Below, piece by piece: positions 28,901 through 41,300 of a stretch of DNA of 64,000 bases. A model generated the notes under the pieces. That model did no database searches. It saw only the letters and a list, made by a program, of their open reading frames with translations, and had not been told where the DNA came from. Origin of the DNA: Haliotis cracherodii (Eukaryota); assembly GCF_022045235.1 (NCBI RefSeq), contig NW_027266273.1:27838001-27902000 (forward strand), written 5' to 3'. A program made the translations under genes and the position numbers. Each line of letters opens with the position of its first letter. Positions within the stretch are counted from its first letter, which is position 1.

Positions 28901-31670
28901 GGTGGAGACTATTCAGTGTGTAAACATCCTGACAACAATATGTACAATAACCCATACAGCTTGTCTCACCTCTCTGCTAACTTGGCCATCCTTCTCCCAC
29001 CTGGAAAAGAAAGCAGCCAGCTACACAAAACACTAAAATATCATCATTTTCTAGGTTCCTCAGGACAGTGGACAGAAAGCAAATCATAAATAGACATTGA
29101 TGATTGGTTGGTTTCAATTGTGAAATCTGTAATTAATAAATAGACTGGATGAAATACAAATATAACATCATAAAAAGCATAAAAACTTTCAAGACCAAAG
29201 TATGTTTTTTGTGTTGCAGATTTAAGTAAATTATCGTTAAAGACTAAGAGTTTTGCTATCTTGTGCATTGATAATTACAGCAAGGATAATGAAAAAGGAA
29301 GCTATTAATTTCAGCTGTTTCTCATCTCATTCATTATTGATCATCAATCAATCATGGAACCACATGATAAATCTTGAAATGTTAACCAACTCTCGTACAT
29401 CATGATATACAAAGAGTGTGACACTGAATGAAAACAATTTGTGCTTGTACATACTGAGCATGGTGAGGTGTTACCTCCTCTTGGAAAAACCTTCTGACAC
29501 TTTGGCGGAAGATGTCGTGCTCTTCTGAGAAGATAGCTCTTGTTCCAATATCCATCAAAGATGAAGCTTGAGCAGGTTCAATCCGATGTTCACCAGTACC
29601 ACTATAAAAATGTCTCTTATTACATACACCAATAGTCCTTTTATGTTAATCCAACAGCTGTTGTGTCTGACACATAAATGTTATATAAGTATGAAAGCAA
29701 TTATTACTGTGGCAAGCGACAAATAATGTATTCTTGTTATGAATCAGTTTTTTTTCAATCATCATAATTATTAGAGCATAGGTTCAATATCATTTACACG
29801 TCGCAATATTGCCTGATGTTAGACCATTAGGACTCATCAAGGACATTAAATTATTGTAACTTTACAAAGGAGAGAGTTAATGAATTGTGTACAACACATC
29901 AGTAATTGCATAGCTAATAATGCCAAACAAAGGCAAGAACAGCAGTGTGTATTCATGTATCTCCAGTATTGGCCTACCTTTAGAATTCAGCTCCACAAAA
30001 GATTACAAACACGTCACAATACCTCATGAAGTAATTTGTGAAATTTGAAATAATCAATCAATAATTTCAACATGTTTTAAATGATAAACATGATAAAAAC
30101 ATGCTTTTGACTTAATATAGATCTATGTGTTATCATCAGAAGGATGTGGACATCTATGCAAAAAAAAACAATACTATTTATCTGCCAATCTACTCGTTTT
30201 AAGGAATTAAAACCACCTCCAAAAGCAAACAGTTTAACATTTGCACACACCAAATTACACAAGTAAAAGACTTAATGCGATTATAATTACTTTAGTTTCT
30301 AAAAGGATTAGCATTATCTATCATATTCACATATTTCTAAAAAAAAGAAATCATTAACTACCACAGACATTTAGATTGTAAAATTTCTGTGTGTCAGTGA
30401 GTTAACTTACTAAAAATGAGTCTCCAACTCAACAGTAATGCAGTAATATTTTCAATATATTTGGATTACAAACTAGGCCTTATGATAGACGCTTCAAAAG
30501 GCATATAAGTAAATGTAATATTTTTGCTACTTTGGGGGGGCCCCATATAAAATTTTTGGTTTATTTCAGATCAAAATTCATCAAGTTCATTTTAATAGTA
30601 TTTGAAAAGAATCGACAGACGCTTCTGTATCTTCATTGTCTATTGATAGCTGTATGGGTAAAATGACGTCATTTCACATGTGACGCCATTGCTGTTCTGA
30701 ATAAACAGAAGTTGTCCGAGATCAAATTCTTCATTTTGAATTCTTTAAGGTATGTAATCAAATTCAAATCAGAACCCACACCTTTCCCCCAACACATAGA
30801 ACATATTTATGTAGGTTTTTGCATATGTGCATATGCATATTTTCTATATTTGATTGAAATGTCGTATCAATGAACATCGCTTTATGAACGGCAACACGCT
30901 GTAGCATTAGTTTCGTGATTAGCTGTAATTTGTGATTATGTCGTGTTTCAAACATTTCATTGTTATAGTTACATTCTTTAGAGAATATTTCTTGTAAATC
31001 TATAGTGTAGTCAATATATTTGTCAAGGACAATTATAAGTATTGTTTTACAAATATTTTCCAATTACTGTCAAAGCTATTTTCAAAGGTTTTTTTATATA
31101 TTTTCAATTTATTATTTCACACATTATTATACAATTGTCCCAACTTTGTATATTTCATGTCAAAATGTAACAAAAGGCTAAATCAATGTTTTATTACTTT
31201 ATTATCAATAATTTCACATATATAATGCATTTAGAAGCATTCTGTCAAAGTTTAATGCATTGTAATCCAAGGGAGATAACTATGCATTCACTATTGCTCA
31301 AAGGTTGCATAACCTGTATCTGCTTAATGCTAGGTTTAAGTCTAAGTAGTGTACTGAATTTCAATTTTATTGTTAATTGTTAATTATCCTTTTGATTTGT
31401 CATCTCACATGTGACGCCATTACTGTTCTGAATAAACATAACAGAAGATAAAATAACGGAAGACTGAACTTTGGACCATGAAAATACAAATTCTGCATTT
31501 CCCCGTTCTTTTGCGTTTCTATTCACAAACAAAATATTTTACCTGCTCTCAAGAGTATGTGCAGATGACTTATTTCGTACACAAGATAAGGCAAAGGCAT
31601 GGTTCGTCCGTGGCTTCAACAAGCTAACCTGCTTCACAAGTTTGCACAAAGCTTGCCGTCCACTCGCCAT
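19919..31670 (-). CDS. ACADL: Long-chain specific acyl-CoA dehydrogenase, mitochondrial (9 coding exons, 444 aa)
   Basis: Exons 31670-31543, 29601-29455, 29000-28970, 27448-27342, 25573-25409, 24716-24485, 23258-23043, 22950-22823 and 20099-19919. All are GT-AG and phase-consistent, total 1335 nt. Basic presequence MASGRQALCKLVKQ; motifs IFSEEHDIFRQSVRRFF, IAMTEPGAGSDLQG, LNGSKVFITNG, QDTAELFFEDVRLP, ELPQERL (LCAD-type catalytic Glu) and CVQLHGGWGYM..YPIARAFVDSRVQPIYGG. Confidence 0.96.
20229..20408. mobile_element. Fold-back MITE
   Basis: About 65-bp inverted arms containing TTTTAATTGGCTAGCGCTTTCCACTCGTACCAC and its reverse complement. Confidence 0.8.
20662..20881. mobile_element. Palindromic insertion, probable Penelope-like element terminal remnant
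   Basis: 90-bp inverted arms at 20694-20783 and 20792-20881 (2 mismatches, 8-nt loop), flanked by the direct repeat AACCAGTGATT (20651-20661 and 20882-20892). Contains a hammerhead-like CTTGATAA-stem-GAAAC core. Confidence 0.7.
21181..22832 (-). repeat. 46-50-bp minisatellite, about 33 copies, spanning the ACADL exon 8 donor
   Basis: Minus-strand unit CCAAATACTG|GTCAGTAGAACAAACCTTCCTTCCTTCACAGGATATGACC. The first copy is the real exon end plus donor. Confidence 0.95.
23279..23528 (-). mobile_element. SINE-like family B with (AAAC)n tail
   Basis: 13-bp TSD TTAACAGATTGGA and internal GTCGTAAGAGGCGACTAA hairpin motif. Other copies at about 7560-7790, 12270-12695, 13440-13890, 14180-14300, 16040-16150, 25864-26122, 45690-45899, 49020-49237, 51085-51345 and 57985-58175. 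Confidence 0.85.
25864..26122 (-). mobile_element. SINE-like family B nested in a MITE
   Basis: 14-bp TSD GGAAAGGACTACAG on both sides (25850-25863 and 26123-26136). Confidence 0.85.
27404..28625 (-). repeat. 62-bp minisatellite, about 19 copies, spanning the ACADL exon 4 acceptor
   Basis: Minus-strand unit GTTTGCCTGTGTTGTAG|GTGTGGGAACAGGCTGGGACACACGGGTTGCTGGGTGTTCACACT. The last copy is the real acceptor plus about 45 nt of exon. Confidence 0.95.
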
Positions 31671-32346
31671 TTTCGTCTGCTTCTGAATAACTGACGTCCC
31701 TTTGGTTGACAGCGATAGCCGATTCGCGGAACCAGTTCTGCCAAGCTCCTCACAGCGATAGCCCGTCCGCGGAGTGGTCGCACATTAAAAACGAGGATAT
31801 TTTTGTGCATGCATCAAAGTTGTATATCAATCGATCATTCATTTATTCCATTCTTATCAATGTGATATGTTGTGTCCCTTAATCTAAATTCAAACAATGG
31901 AAAAAATATCGCAAAAACGCATTGTACTGGACTACTGGTAAACAGTTACTGTCAAACGAGAAAGCGTTCAAGCGCTAAGCTTAACGCGTGAACCAACTGT
32001 GATACTAGTTTCGTTGTAGATGCGACGCATAAGATAAGCTGGGACCCGTCTCTAATATCACAATATACGCTTAGGACTGGTTCCTGGCAACCTATGCGCA
32101 TCGTCAACTTGCGCCAATATAATTGTGATATGAGAGACGGGGCCCAGCTCACGGCATTTGGTAGTCTCTTTGCGCTCTGTCAATTCTTATCTATAGACGG
32201 ATCCCAGCATACTAACCCCAAGCTCCTGCCAGCGAATCAAGGTGTTGTGCTCTGGGACAGAGTTTCAACCACACTGTCATACCGGCGTTGACATTGGTCA
32301 AAAGGTTTTGTTCGGGAGAGGCGGAAACTCGTGACAAGTATCTGAA
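31671..32346. promoter_or_regulatory. Bidirectional promoter region of ACADL and DNPEP
   Basis: Divergent start codons (31670 minus, 32347 plus) are separated by only 676 bp. The interval is CpG-enriched and contains repeated motifs. Confidence 0.7.
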
Positions 32347-35300
32347 ATGGTGAGACAATATTGTGTCGTCAGAATTACTGTGCTGTGTAGCATTTGGGAG
32401 CTTACAGGGTCATATGTTTCAGGAAAATATTGATGCAACAAGAGACATTATCGGTATACTATATGGTCTCTGATGCAAGTTGCAACCTACACAAGATTTA
32501 GATTTCTCATTTCTCTTACGAAGACTGGAATCAGAATGATAAATGGATGAGAGTTAGCCATGACTTAGTATTGTAGTATTTATACCCCATACAACATTCA
32601 ATACATTCAGTGTAATTTGTCAAAAGAAAATAGTGTTATTAATTTTAGTGTCCTTGATATAATGACCGAAAGTAGAAAGGGACAACTGTTCTTGCTGCAG
32701 TGTATGCCAATCACTCCAGTGAGTGAAGTAGTGTTAATCTCAGATATATATATATATATGAGAGTGATAAGCCTCAGCTGAAGTGTATGGAGCCGTCCGC
32801 TGCTCCCTTAAAGGCCGGGCATGGAGTCATCTCAGATCCTTTCATAGATGACATCCTTACCTTGTCAGTGTAGCAGGGCATGGAGTCATCTCAGATCCTT
32901 TCACAGATGACATCCTTACCTTGTCAGTGTAGCAAGGCATGGAGTCATCTCACAAATGACACCCTTACCTTGTCAGTGTAGCAGGGTGTGGAGTCATCCC
33001 ACAAATGACATCCTTACCATGTCAGTGTAGCAGGCCATGGAGTCATCTCAGATCCTTTCACAGATGACATCCTTACCTTGTCAGTGTAGCAAGGCATGGA
33101 GTCATCTCACAAATGACACCCTTACCTTGTCAGTGTAGCAGGGTGTGGAGTCATCCCACAAATGACATCCTTACCATGTCAGTGTAGCAGGGTGTGGAGT
33201 CATCCCACGGAGGACATCCTTGCCTTGTCAGTGTAGCAAGGCATGGTGTCATCCTACAGAGGACATCCTTGCATTGTCAGTGCAGCAGGGCTCGGTGTCA
33301 TCCTACAGAGGACATCCTTGCATTGTCAGTGTAGCAGGGCTTGGTGACTTGGTGACTCTGCTGGCTGTAAAAGGTGACTCTGCTGGCTGTAAAAGGTGAC
33401 TCTTCTTGCTGTAAAAGGTGACTCTGCTGGCTGTAAAAGGTGACTCTGCTTGCTGTAAAAGGTGACTCTGCTTGCTGTAAAATGTGACTCTGCTGGCTGT
33501 AAAAGGTGACTCTGCTTGCTGTAAAAGGTGACTCTGCTTGCCATAAAACATGATTCACCGATTCAATCACTTTATTTTCCAGGCGTCACCTACAAAAGAA
33601 ACGATCTTGGCCACAGCTAGGAAATTCATCTCTTTCATCAATAAATGTCCATCTCCATTTCACGGTCAGTGGAACTAGAAATTAGGCGTTCAAACATTTC
33701 TGGATAGTTCCTTGTTATCAATCATTCCAAGCACATTCATTCTTTTATGGTTTCAAACAGCCCATCGTTAAATGTCCTATTGTGAAGTCGACTGTATGGG
33801 GCTGTTGTATATTTTGGGACCAGGGCCACATTTCACAAAGCGATCCAAGTGCTAAGGTGATCACTCCTCCCATACTTTAACATAGATTAAGGACAACAGT
33901 AGACCTACAATTGCTTTGTGGAATGGGGCCCTGCAATGCCTAGTTCTGGAGTGTCCTGTGATGTCCCACGCAGTAAGCCCTGTAGGGAGCTGGTTAATTG
34001 GGCTTAACTCTGTTGCTTGTCATGGAGGACAATTAACTTGGATCAGGTGGAAAGAACTTAACACTAGCCCACTAGCCCAGGGCTAGTACACATTCCTGCA
34101 GAATGGTACAAATTCCAAGTTTCCCCATTGTGTTAACATTACGAGAGCACTTTATCTCTACTGGGGCTAGTAACGTTATTGAGCTAATTCTAACCCTGCT
34201 TGGTGTGTTATGGGGCATCGTACATTGGGCCAACAGAGTGGAATGATGCTCATTATATCAACCACTGGATTATCCAGTTCAGATTATTGTTTATAGGTCA
34301 CTGTGACATAGCTGGAAACGTGCTTGCTGCAGCATTCAACTAAACAAACTTTACACCTGTCTGTGAGTTACATGTGTCACGAACATGGTGTGCAGGCGTT
34401 TACAACCTGAACAATCTCATTAAAATTAGACCTTAGTTCTCGCTACCGCTTAACAAAGATCTGAAGACATCCCATTAGGGGTCACGTCAGAACGATCTTT
34501 CATCCAACTAATCAGAGCGTCGCTTACCAGATTATGAAAGTGACAGTCGGATTGTGATTTCTAATCATGCAACCTCGAAAACTTTAACATGGGGTATTCC
34601 AAACGATAGTTACGGGTTTAACGACTGAATTCTTACAATCTAGAACATCTATTAGCCATTCCAGAATGTTTTTTGTGTTCAGGTTTCAAATTTGTAAGCA
34701 AGAATTTGTCAAAATACGTTTCAAAGTGTAGTCGCCAATTTGAAATTAGTGCAGTAAAAGACGAGAGAGCTGCCTTCTGATTGGTCATTCCATTGGTCGA
34801 TCAAAGTTCGCGCAAGGTCGGTCTGACGTGACACGTAATGGGATGTCCTCAGATCTTAGTTTAGCGGTAGCAAGAACTAAGATCTGATTTTAATGAGATT
34901 GCAATCTGAACGCACGAGGGCTGCAATGAATACGCTAAGAGGAGAATATGATTCGTATCATGTATATAGGGTAACATATAGAATATTAATTCACAAATTA
35001 AATAACAAGTCAGAAGTTGATGTATTATTTGTCATATTCAGCGAAACAATAACAACATAAATTATTTGACATCGTTTGTTAATTATCAATATATTGTACA
35101 TTCATATACTGCACTTATGCAGGTACTAGTATCTGCTCAAATGTGACAATGACCAGTGACCACAATTACCGAATTCAATTCATGAATGGTTACGGTTCGA
35201 TGCACCGAATATGTGAGTGAATCGTAACAGCCCACTTGACACATGCAATACATTAATCTTATGTTCTCAAGTACAAAGACTTCTAACATATGGTTATTTG

Positions 35301-38300
35301 ATAATAGATCTGCTTTATGACCGCCGGTGGTTACAGCATGATAACGCAAATGTCAACAGGCCAAGTATGACGTGACAAGCAAATGACGTCATTTGAAAGA
35401 CAATGATGTCTTGATGTCCGTTCAGGGCGGTTGACCGACTTGTATTGGTTTTAACAAGATGCAAACTGGCCAATCAGATAGCAGGATTTTATTTTGATTA
35501 ACTATAAAGATATGTGACGGATCGGGTGGTCAGATTGACCGACGTGGTCGTTGCATCGTGTCCCAATTGTGTAGATTGATGCTCATGATGTTAGTCAGTG
35601 GATTGTTTGGTCCACACTTTATTATTTAAATACCTGAGTCAAATCGATGGAATATTGCACAGTGCGGCATTAAACAAACAAAACAAAACAAACACTGAAG
35701 ATGATTGTTTACTGCAGCTGTGGAGGAAGTGAGGCAGAGGCTGGTGGCTGCTGGATTCAAGGAGCTGAGGGATGCGGAACGCTGGTCCATCAAACCAAAC
35801 AACAAGGTATGGGGCATAGGGAACATGGAGAATTTCCAACAAAAACAGAACAAACTAAATCCGCTTGTTTTGATCAGGTGTTGTGGCACCACTAGCAACA
35901 TGCTGTGTGAAAATACATGATGTGCCATCTTCCTGAGTGCAAGGGAGTTAACTGACTATAACAGTTCAGTTTCCACCCTTGCTGAACTAGGCTGGAATTA
36001 TGGAGTTCAAATTTGGCTGGACTAACGAATCTATGCATAGTCCTGTCAAAATCGTGTCACAAAATTGACTTATGGTTTGTAAACTGTCATAAAGATTTTG
36101 GTCAATTGCAGGATTTGCAAAGCATGTGAACCATCTACCTAGCGTGGCCAGATATTTTCCAAATCTTTCCATGTGTTTAGTCAAGGTGCTCACGTGATTT
36201 GATGCACTTTGCAAAGTTAGACCTGTTTTATTACAACATAGATCTTGATTATCGATCAGATTGTCATGACTGGGTGCCATCTTTTTGTGTGAAGCAAAGG
36301 CAAGTGTTCATAGAGGTGGAATCTGATTGGTCAATATGAGAGACATAAAAGGGGCATAACTCGTAATAGCCACTGGTGGCACAACGATCAAGCCAAGAAA
36401 TTCCAGCCTTGTTCAGCAAGGGTGGAAACGTTTACAGTCAGTTAACTCCCTTGCCTCTGAAAGATGAACTACACCAACATGAACTAGAAATCATGATAGC
36501 AGTGATACTGAGAAATTAGTGCATCATCCATACAGACTTTCATTAATCAGTGCCTACAAAAGGTCAACAGCATAGAGTGTCCGCCCCAGAGAGAGGGAAG
36601 GTCCGGGATTCGGCTCGGAGTCAGTATACTGTGTCTGAGTGGGGTATTCATGTTAAACTGCGGCATGGTATCTCAGTGAGCTAGCACTATAAATCGGCAT
36701 CAGTCCAGACTAGTACAAGCAGCCACACACACACACGTGCATGCACGTCGCTATATAAGTGCTATAATCTTGGACGCGACGGTAACCCAATTTCACCTCA
36801 CTTCAACAGCAGAACAAATAACTCTAATTGTAGATTTGCTGTGCCTGCCCTATAGCAACCCTCTCAGAAAAGTGTTGTTGAATTCGTGTTCAGGAAGGAA
36901 AGTAGACAAATGATGCAGCAATCATTAAATTAATGATGTTACTTCTTTCTTCTGCATCTTGTTAAATGAGATCCACTTTCCAAAACCATCTCAACTAGTT
37001 TGTCATGAAACATTTGTAGATTTTGTCAGCATGATGACTGTTATGTTGCGTGTTTCAGTATGTTTCAGATAATGATGAATGTTATGTTGTGTGTTTCAGT
37101 ATGTTTCAGATAATGATGAATGTTATGTTGTGTGTTTCAGATAATGATGACTGTTATGTTGCGTGTTTCAGTATGTTTCAGTATGTTTCAGATAATGATG
37201 AATGTTATGTTGTGTGTTTCAGTATGTTTCAGATAATGATGAATGTGATGTTGTGTGTTTCAGTATGTTTCAGATAAGGATGAATGTTATGTTGTGTGTT
37301 TCAGATAATGATGACTGTTATGTTGTATGTTTCAGTATGTTTCAGATAATGATGAATGTTATGTTGTGTGTTTCAGTACTTTGTCACCAAGAATCAGTCC
37401 ACCATCATTGCCTTTGCCGTCGGGGGACAGTACAAGCCAGGGAACCCATTCAGCATTGTTGGGGCTCACACCGACAGCCCTTGTTTCAAGGTACACTTGT
37501 CGTATAGTATCAGGTCAGTGTTGTAATCAGACAGCTCTTGCTTCAAGGTACACTTTTCATGTAGCATCAGGTCAGTGTTGTAATCAGACAGCTCTTGCTT
37601 CAAAGTACACTGGCCACTTGTCACATAGCATCAGGTCAGTGTTGTAATCAGACAGCTCTTGCTTCAAAGTACACTGGCCACTTGTCACATAGCATCAGGT
37701 CAGTGTTGTAATCAGACAGCTCCTGCTTCAAGGTACACTTGTCACATAGCATCGGGTCAGTGTTGTAATCAGACAGCGCTTGCTTCAAGGTACACTTGTC
37801 ATATAGCATCAGGTCAGTGTTGTAATCAGACAGCTCTTGCTTCAAGGTACACTTGTCACATAGCATCAGGTCAGTGTTGTAATCAGACAGCTCTTGCTTC
37901 AAGGTACACTTGTCACATAGCATCAGGTCAGTGTTGTAATCAGACAGCTCTTGCTTCAAAGTACACTGGCCACTTGTCACATAGCATCAGGTCAGTGTTG
38001 TAATCAGACAGCTCTTGCTTCAAAGTACACTGGACACTTGTCATATAGCATCAGGTCAGTGTTGTAATCAGACAGCTCTTGATTCAAAGTATACTGGACA
38101 CTCGTCATATAGCATCAGGTCAGTGTTGTAATCAGACAGCTCTTGCTTCAAAGTACACTGGCCACTTGTCACATAGCATCAGGTCAGTGTTGTAATCAGA
38201 CAGCTCTTGCTTCAAGGTACACTGGCCACTTGTCACATAGCATCAGGTCAGTGTTGTAATCAGACAGCTCTTGCTTCAAGGTACACTGGCCACTTGTCAC

Positions 38301-41300
38301 ATAGCATCAGGTCAGTGTTGTAATCAGACAGCTCTTGCTTCAAGGTACACTGGACACTTGTCATATAGCATCAGGTCAGTGTTGTAATCAGACACCTCTT
38401 GCTTCAAGGTACACTGGACACTTGTCACATAGCATCAGGTCAGTGTTGTAATCAGACAGCTCTTGCTTCAAAGTACACTGGCCACTTGTCACATAGCATC
38501 AGGTCAGTGTTGTAATCAGACAGCTCTTGCTTCAAGGTACACTTGTCACATAGCTTCGGGCGGTTTGGATGATCTGGTATTCTAGTGGTTAAAGTGTTTG
38601 CTCGTCACGCCGATGAGCCGGGTTTGATTCCCGACATGGGTACAGTGTGTGAAGCCCATTTCTGGAATATTGCTAAAAGCGGCGTAAAACCATACTCACT
38701 CACTCACTCACTCACTCAGGTCAGTGTTGTAATCAGACAGCTCTTGCTTCAAAGTACTGTGGTCACTAGTTTTAACAATCAGCTCAATGTTGTAAAGTTT
38801 TTTAATGCAATCGTGGATATCCAGGTAATATATTTTTTGCAGGTGAAGCCCATCTCTGGGAGGGTGAAGAGTGGCTACTGTATGGTAGGAGTGGAGCCAT
38901 ACGGTGGGGGAATCTGGCACACCTGGATTGATCGTGACCTGACAGTGGCAGGCCGAGTCCTGGTCAAGGTGAGTCTCTGGTCCAACTGTGTGATGGAATT
39001 TGATCCAACCCTGGAAGGACCTTGGTCCAACACAAACAAGTAACTGAATGTATGTGTAGCCAGTACAAGCTGGGCCACTCTCCCAGTAACTGTATGTATG
39101 TGTAGCCAGTACAAGCTGGGTCACTCTCCCAGTAACTATGTATGTGTAGCCAGTACAAGCAGGGCCACTCTCCCAGTAACTGTATGTATGTGTAGCCAGT
39201 ACAAGCTGGGTCACTCTCCCAGCAACTGTATGTATGTGTAGCCAGTACAAGCAGGGCCACTCTCCAAGTAACTGTATGTATGTGTAGCCAGTACAAGCAG
39301 GGCCACTCTCCCAGTAACTGTATGTATGTGTAGCCAGTACAAGCAGGGCCACTCTCCCAGCAACTGTATGTATGTGTAGCCAGTACAAGCTGGGCCACTC
39401 TCCCGCTAACTGTATGTATGTGTAGCCAGTATGAGCTGGGCCACTCTCCCGCTAACTGTATGTATGTGTAGCCAGTACGAGCTGGGCCACTCTCCCGCTA
39501 ACTGTATGTATGTGTAGCCAGTACGAGCTGGGCCACTCTCCCGCTAACTGTATGTTTATGCCAGTATGACAAAGATACCGACGTGTGCAATGTTTCAGGA
39601 GGGGGATAAGATCAACCATCACCTTGTGCACGTCCAGCGCCCGATCCTGAGGATTCCCAACCTGGCCATCCACTTGCAGAGGGAGATGAACGACAGCTTT
39701 GGACCCAACAAGGAGAACCATCTGTAAGTAGCAGCAGAGGAGGAGGGCCCACGTACACATCCTGGTGTCCCCTCACGTCACCTTGGTACACATCCTGGTG
39801 TCCCCTCACATCACCTGGGCCCACGTACACATCCTGCTGTCCCCTCACATCACCTGGGTACACATCCTGGTGTCCCCTCACATCACCTGGGTACACATCC
39901 TGGTGTCCCCTCACATCACCTGGGTACACATCCTGGTGTCCCCTCACATCACCTGGGTACACATCCTGGTGTCCCCTCACATCACCTGGGCCCACGTACA
40001 CATCCTGGTGTCCTCTTACATCACCTGGGCCCACGTACACATCCTGGTGTCCCCTCACATCACCTGGGCCCACGTACACATCCTGGTGTCCCCTCACATC
40101 ACCTGGGCCCTCGTACACATCCTGGTGTCCCCTCACATCACCTGGGCCCTTGTACACATCCTGGTGTCCCCTCACATCATCTGGGCCCACGTACACATCC
40201 TGGTGTCCCCTCACATCACCTGGGCCCTTGTACACATCCTGGTGTCCCCTCACATCACCTGGGTACACATCTTGGTGTCCCCTCACATCACCTGGGCCCT
40301 CGTACACATCCTGGTGTCCCCTCACATCACCTGGGCCCACGTACACATCCTGGTGTCCCCTCACATCACCTGGGTACACATCCTGGTGTCCCCTCACATC
40401 ACCTGGGCCCTCGTACACATCCTGGTGTCCCTTCACATCACCTGGGTACACATCCTGGTGTCCCCTCACATCACCTGGGCCCACGTACACATCCTGGTGT
40501 CCCCTCACATCACCTGGGTACACATCCTGGTGTCCCCTCACATCACCTGGGTACACATCCTGGTGTCCCCTAACATCACCTGGGCCCTCATACACATCCT
40601 GGTGTCCCCTCACATCACCTGGGCACTCTCCTGCTTGTCTTAAAGAGCAATCATGTTTGATTGTTTGACTTGTAATCAGACCTGACTGTGGAGGATGATG
40701 GTCATTCTTTCAGTAAATGATAGACGTGGACCAGAGTTTGTTATTTTCAGACACCAGTGGCTTAAGACGTCATTTATAAACACCTGTCCGCATTTTCATG
40801 ACAGATTGTTGTTTGATGTATTGCTGATCTTGTGACTATCGTGTTTAAACATGTGTGACCGGTATGATTGTATTATAGGATACAATTTTATCATGAATGT
40901 TCTGGTGAGCTATGGAGTTGTATTTAACCGCCATGACCTAGGTGAAGGGTTATTGGCAAGTTCCTCTGCCATGTCCGCTGATAGTTGTCGTTTGTTTGCA
41001 GGTGCCCCGTGATCGCCTCAGCCGTACAGTCAGAGTTGCAAGGCCTCCCGAAACAGTCCGAGGCTGACGTCACACAGAAAACTCAGGTACAAGGCAACAT
41101 CTCTTCCCAGTCGTCATAGGCGACGTGATTTGCTGTGCTGAGTCGCGTCCCTTGGGCCTGCCAGAAACCTATGATTGTGGGTCCGAATCCCAGTTCGCCT
41201 GGATTATGTTTGTAGGTTTTTCAAACCATACCCATATTCTAGGGTTTCACCAAAGTTGTTAACATCTGAGACCTGCATCATTTCAGGTTTTCCTCCAATA

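Noticed and set aside
30674-31438. Direct repeat TCACATGTGACGCCATT.CTGTTCTGAATAAACA in ACADL intron 1
   Set aside because: Two 34-bp copies in AT-rich DNA, most likely internal repeats of a decayed transposon; no support for function.
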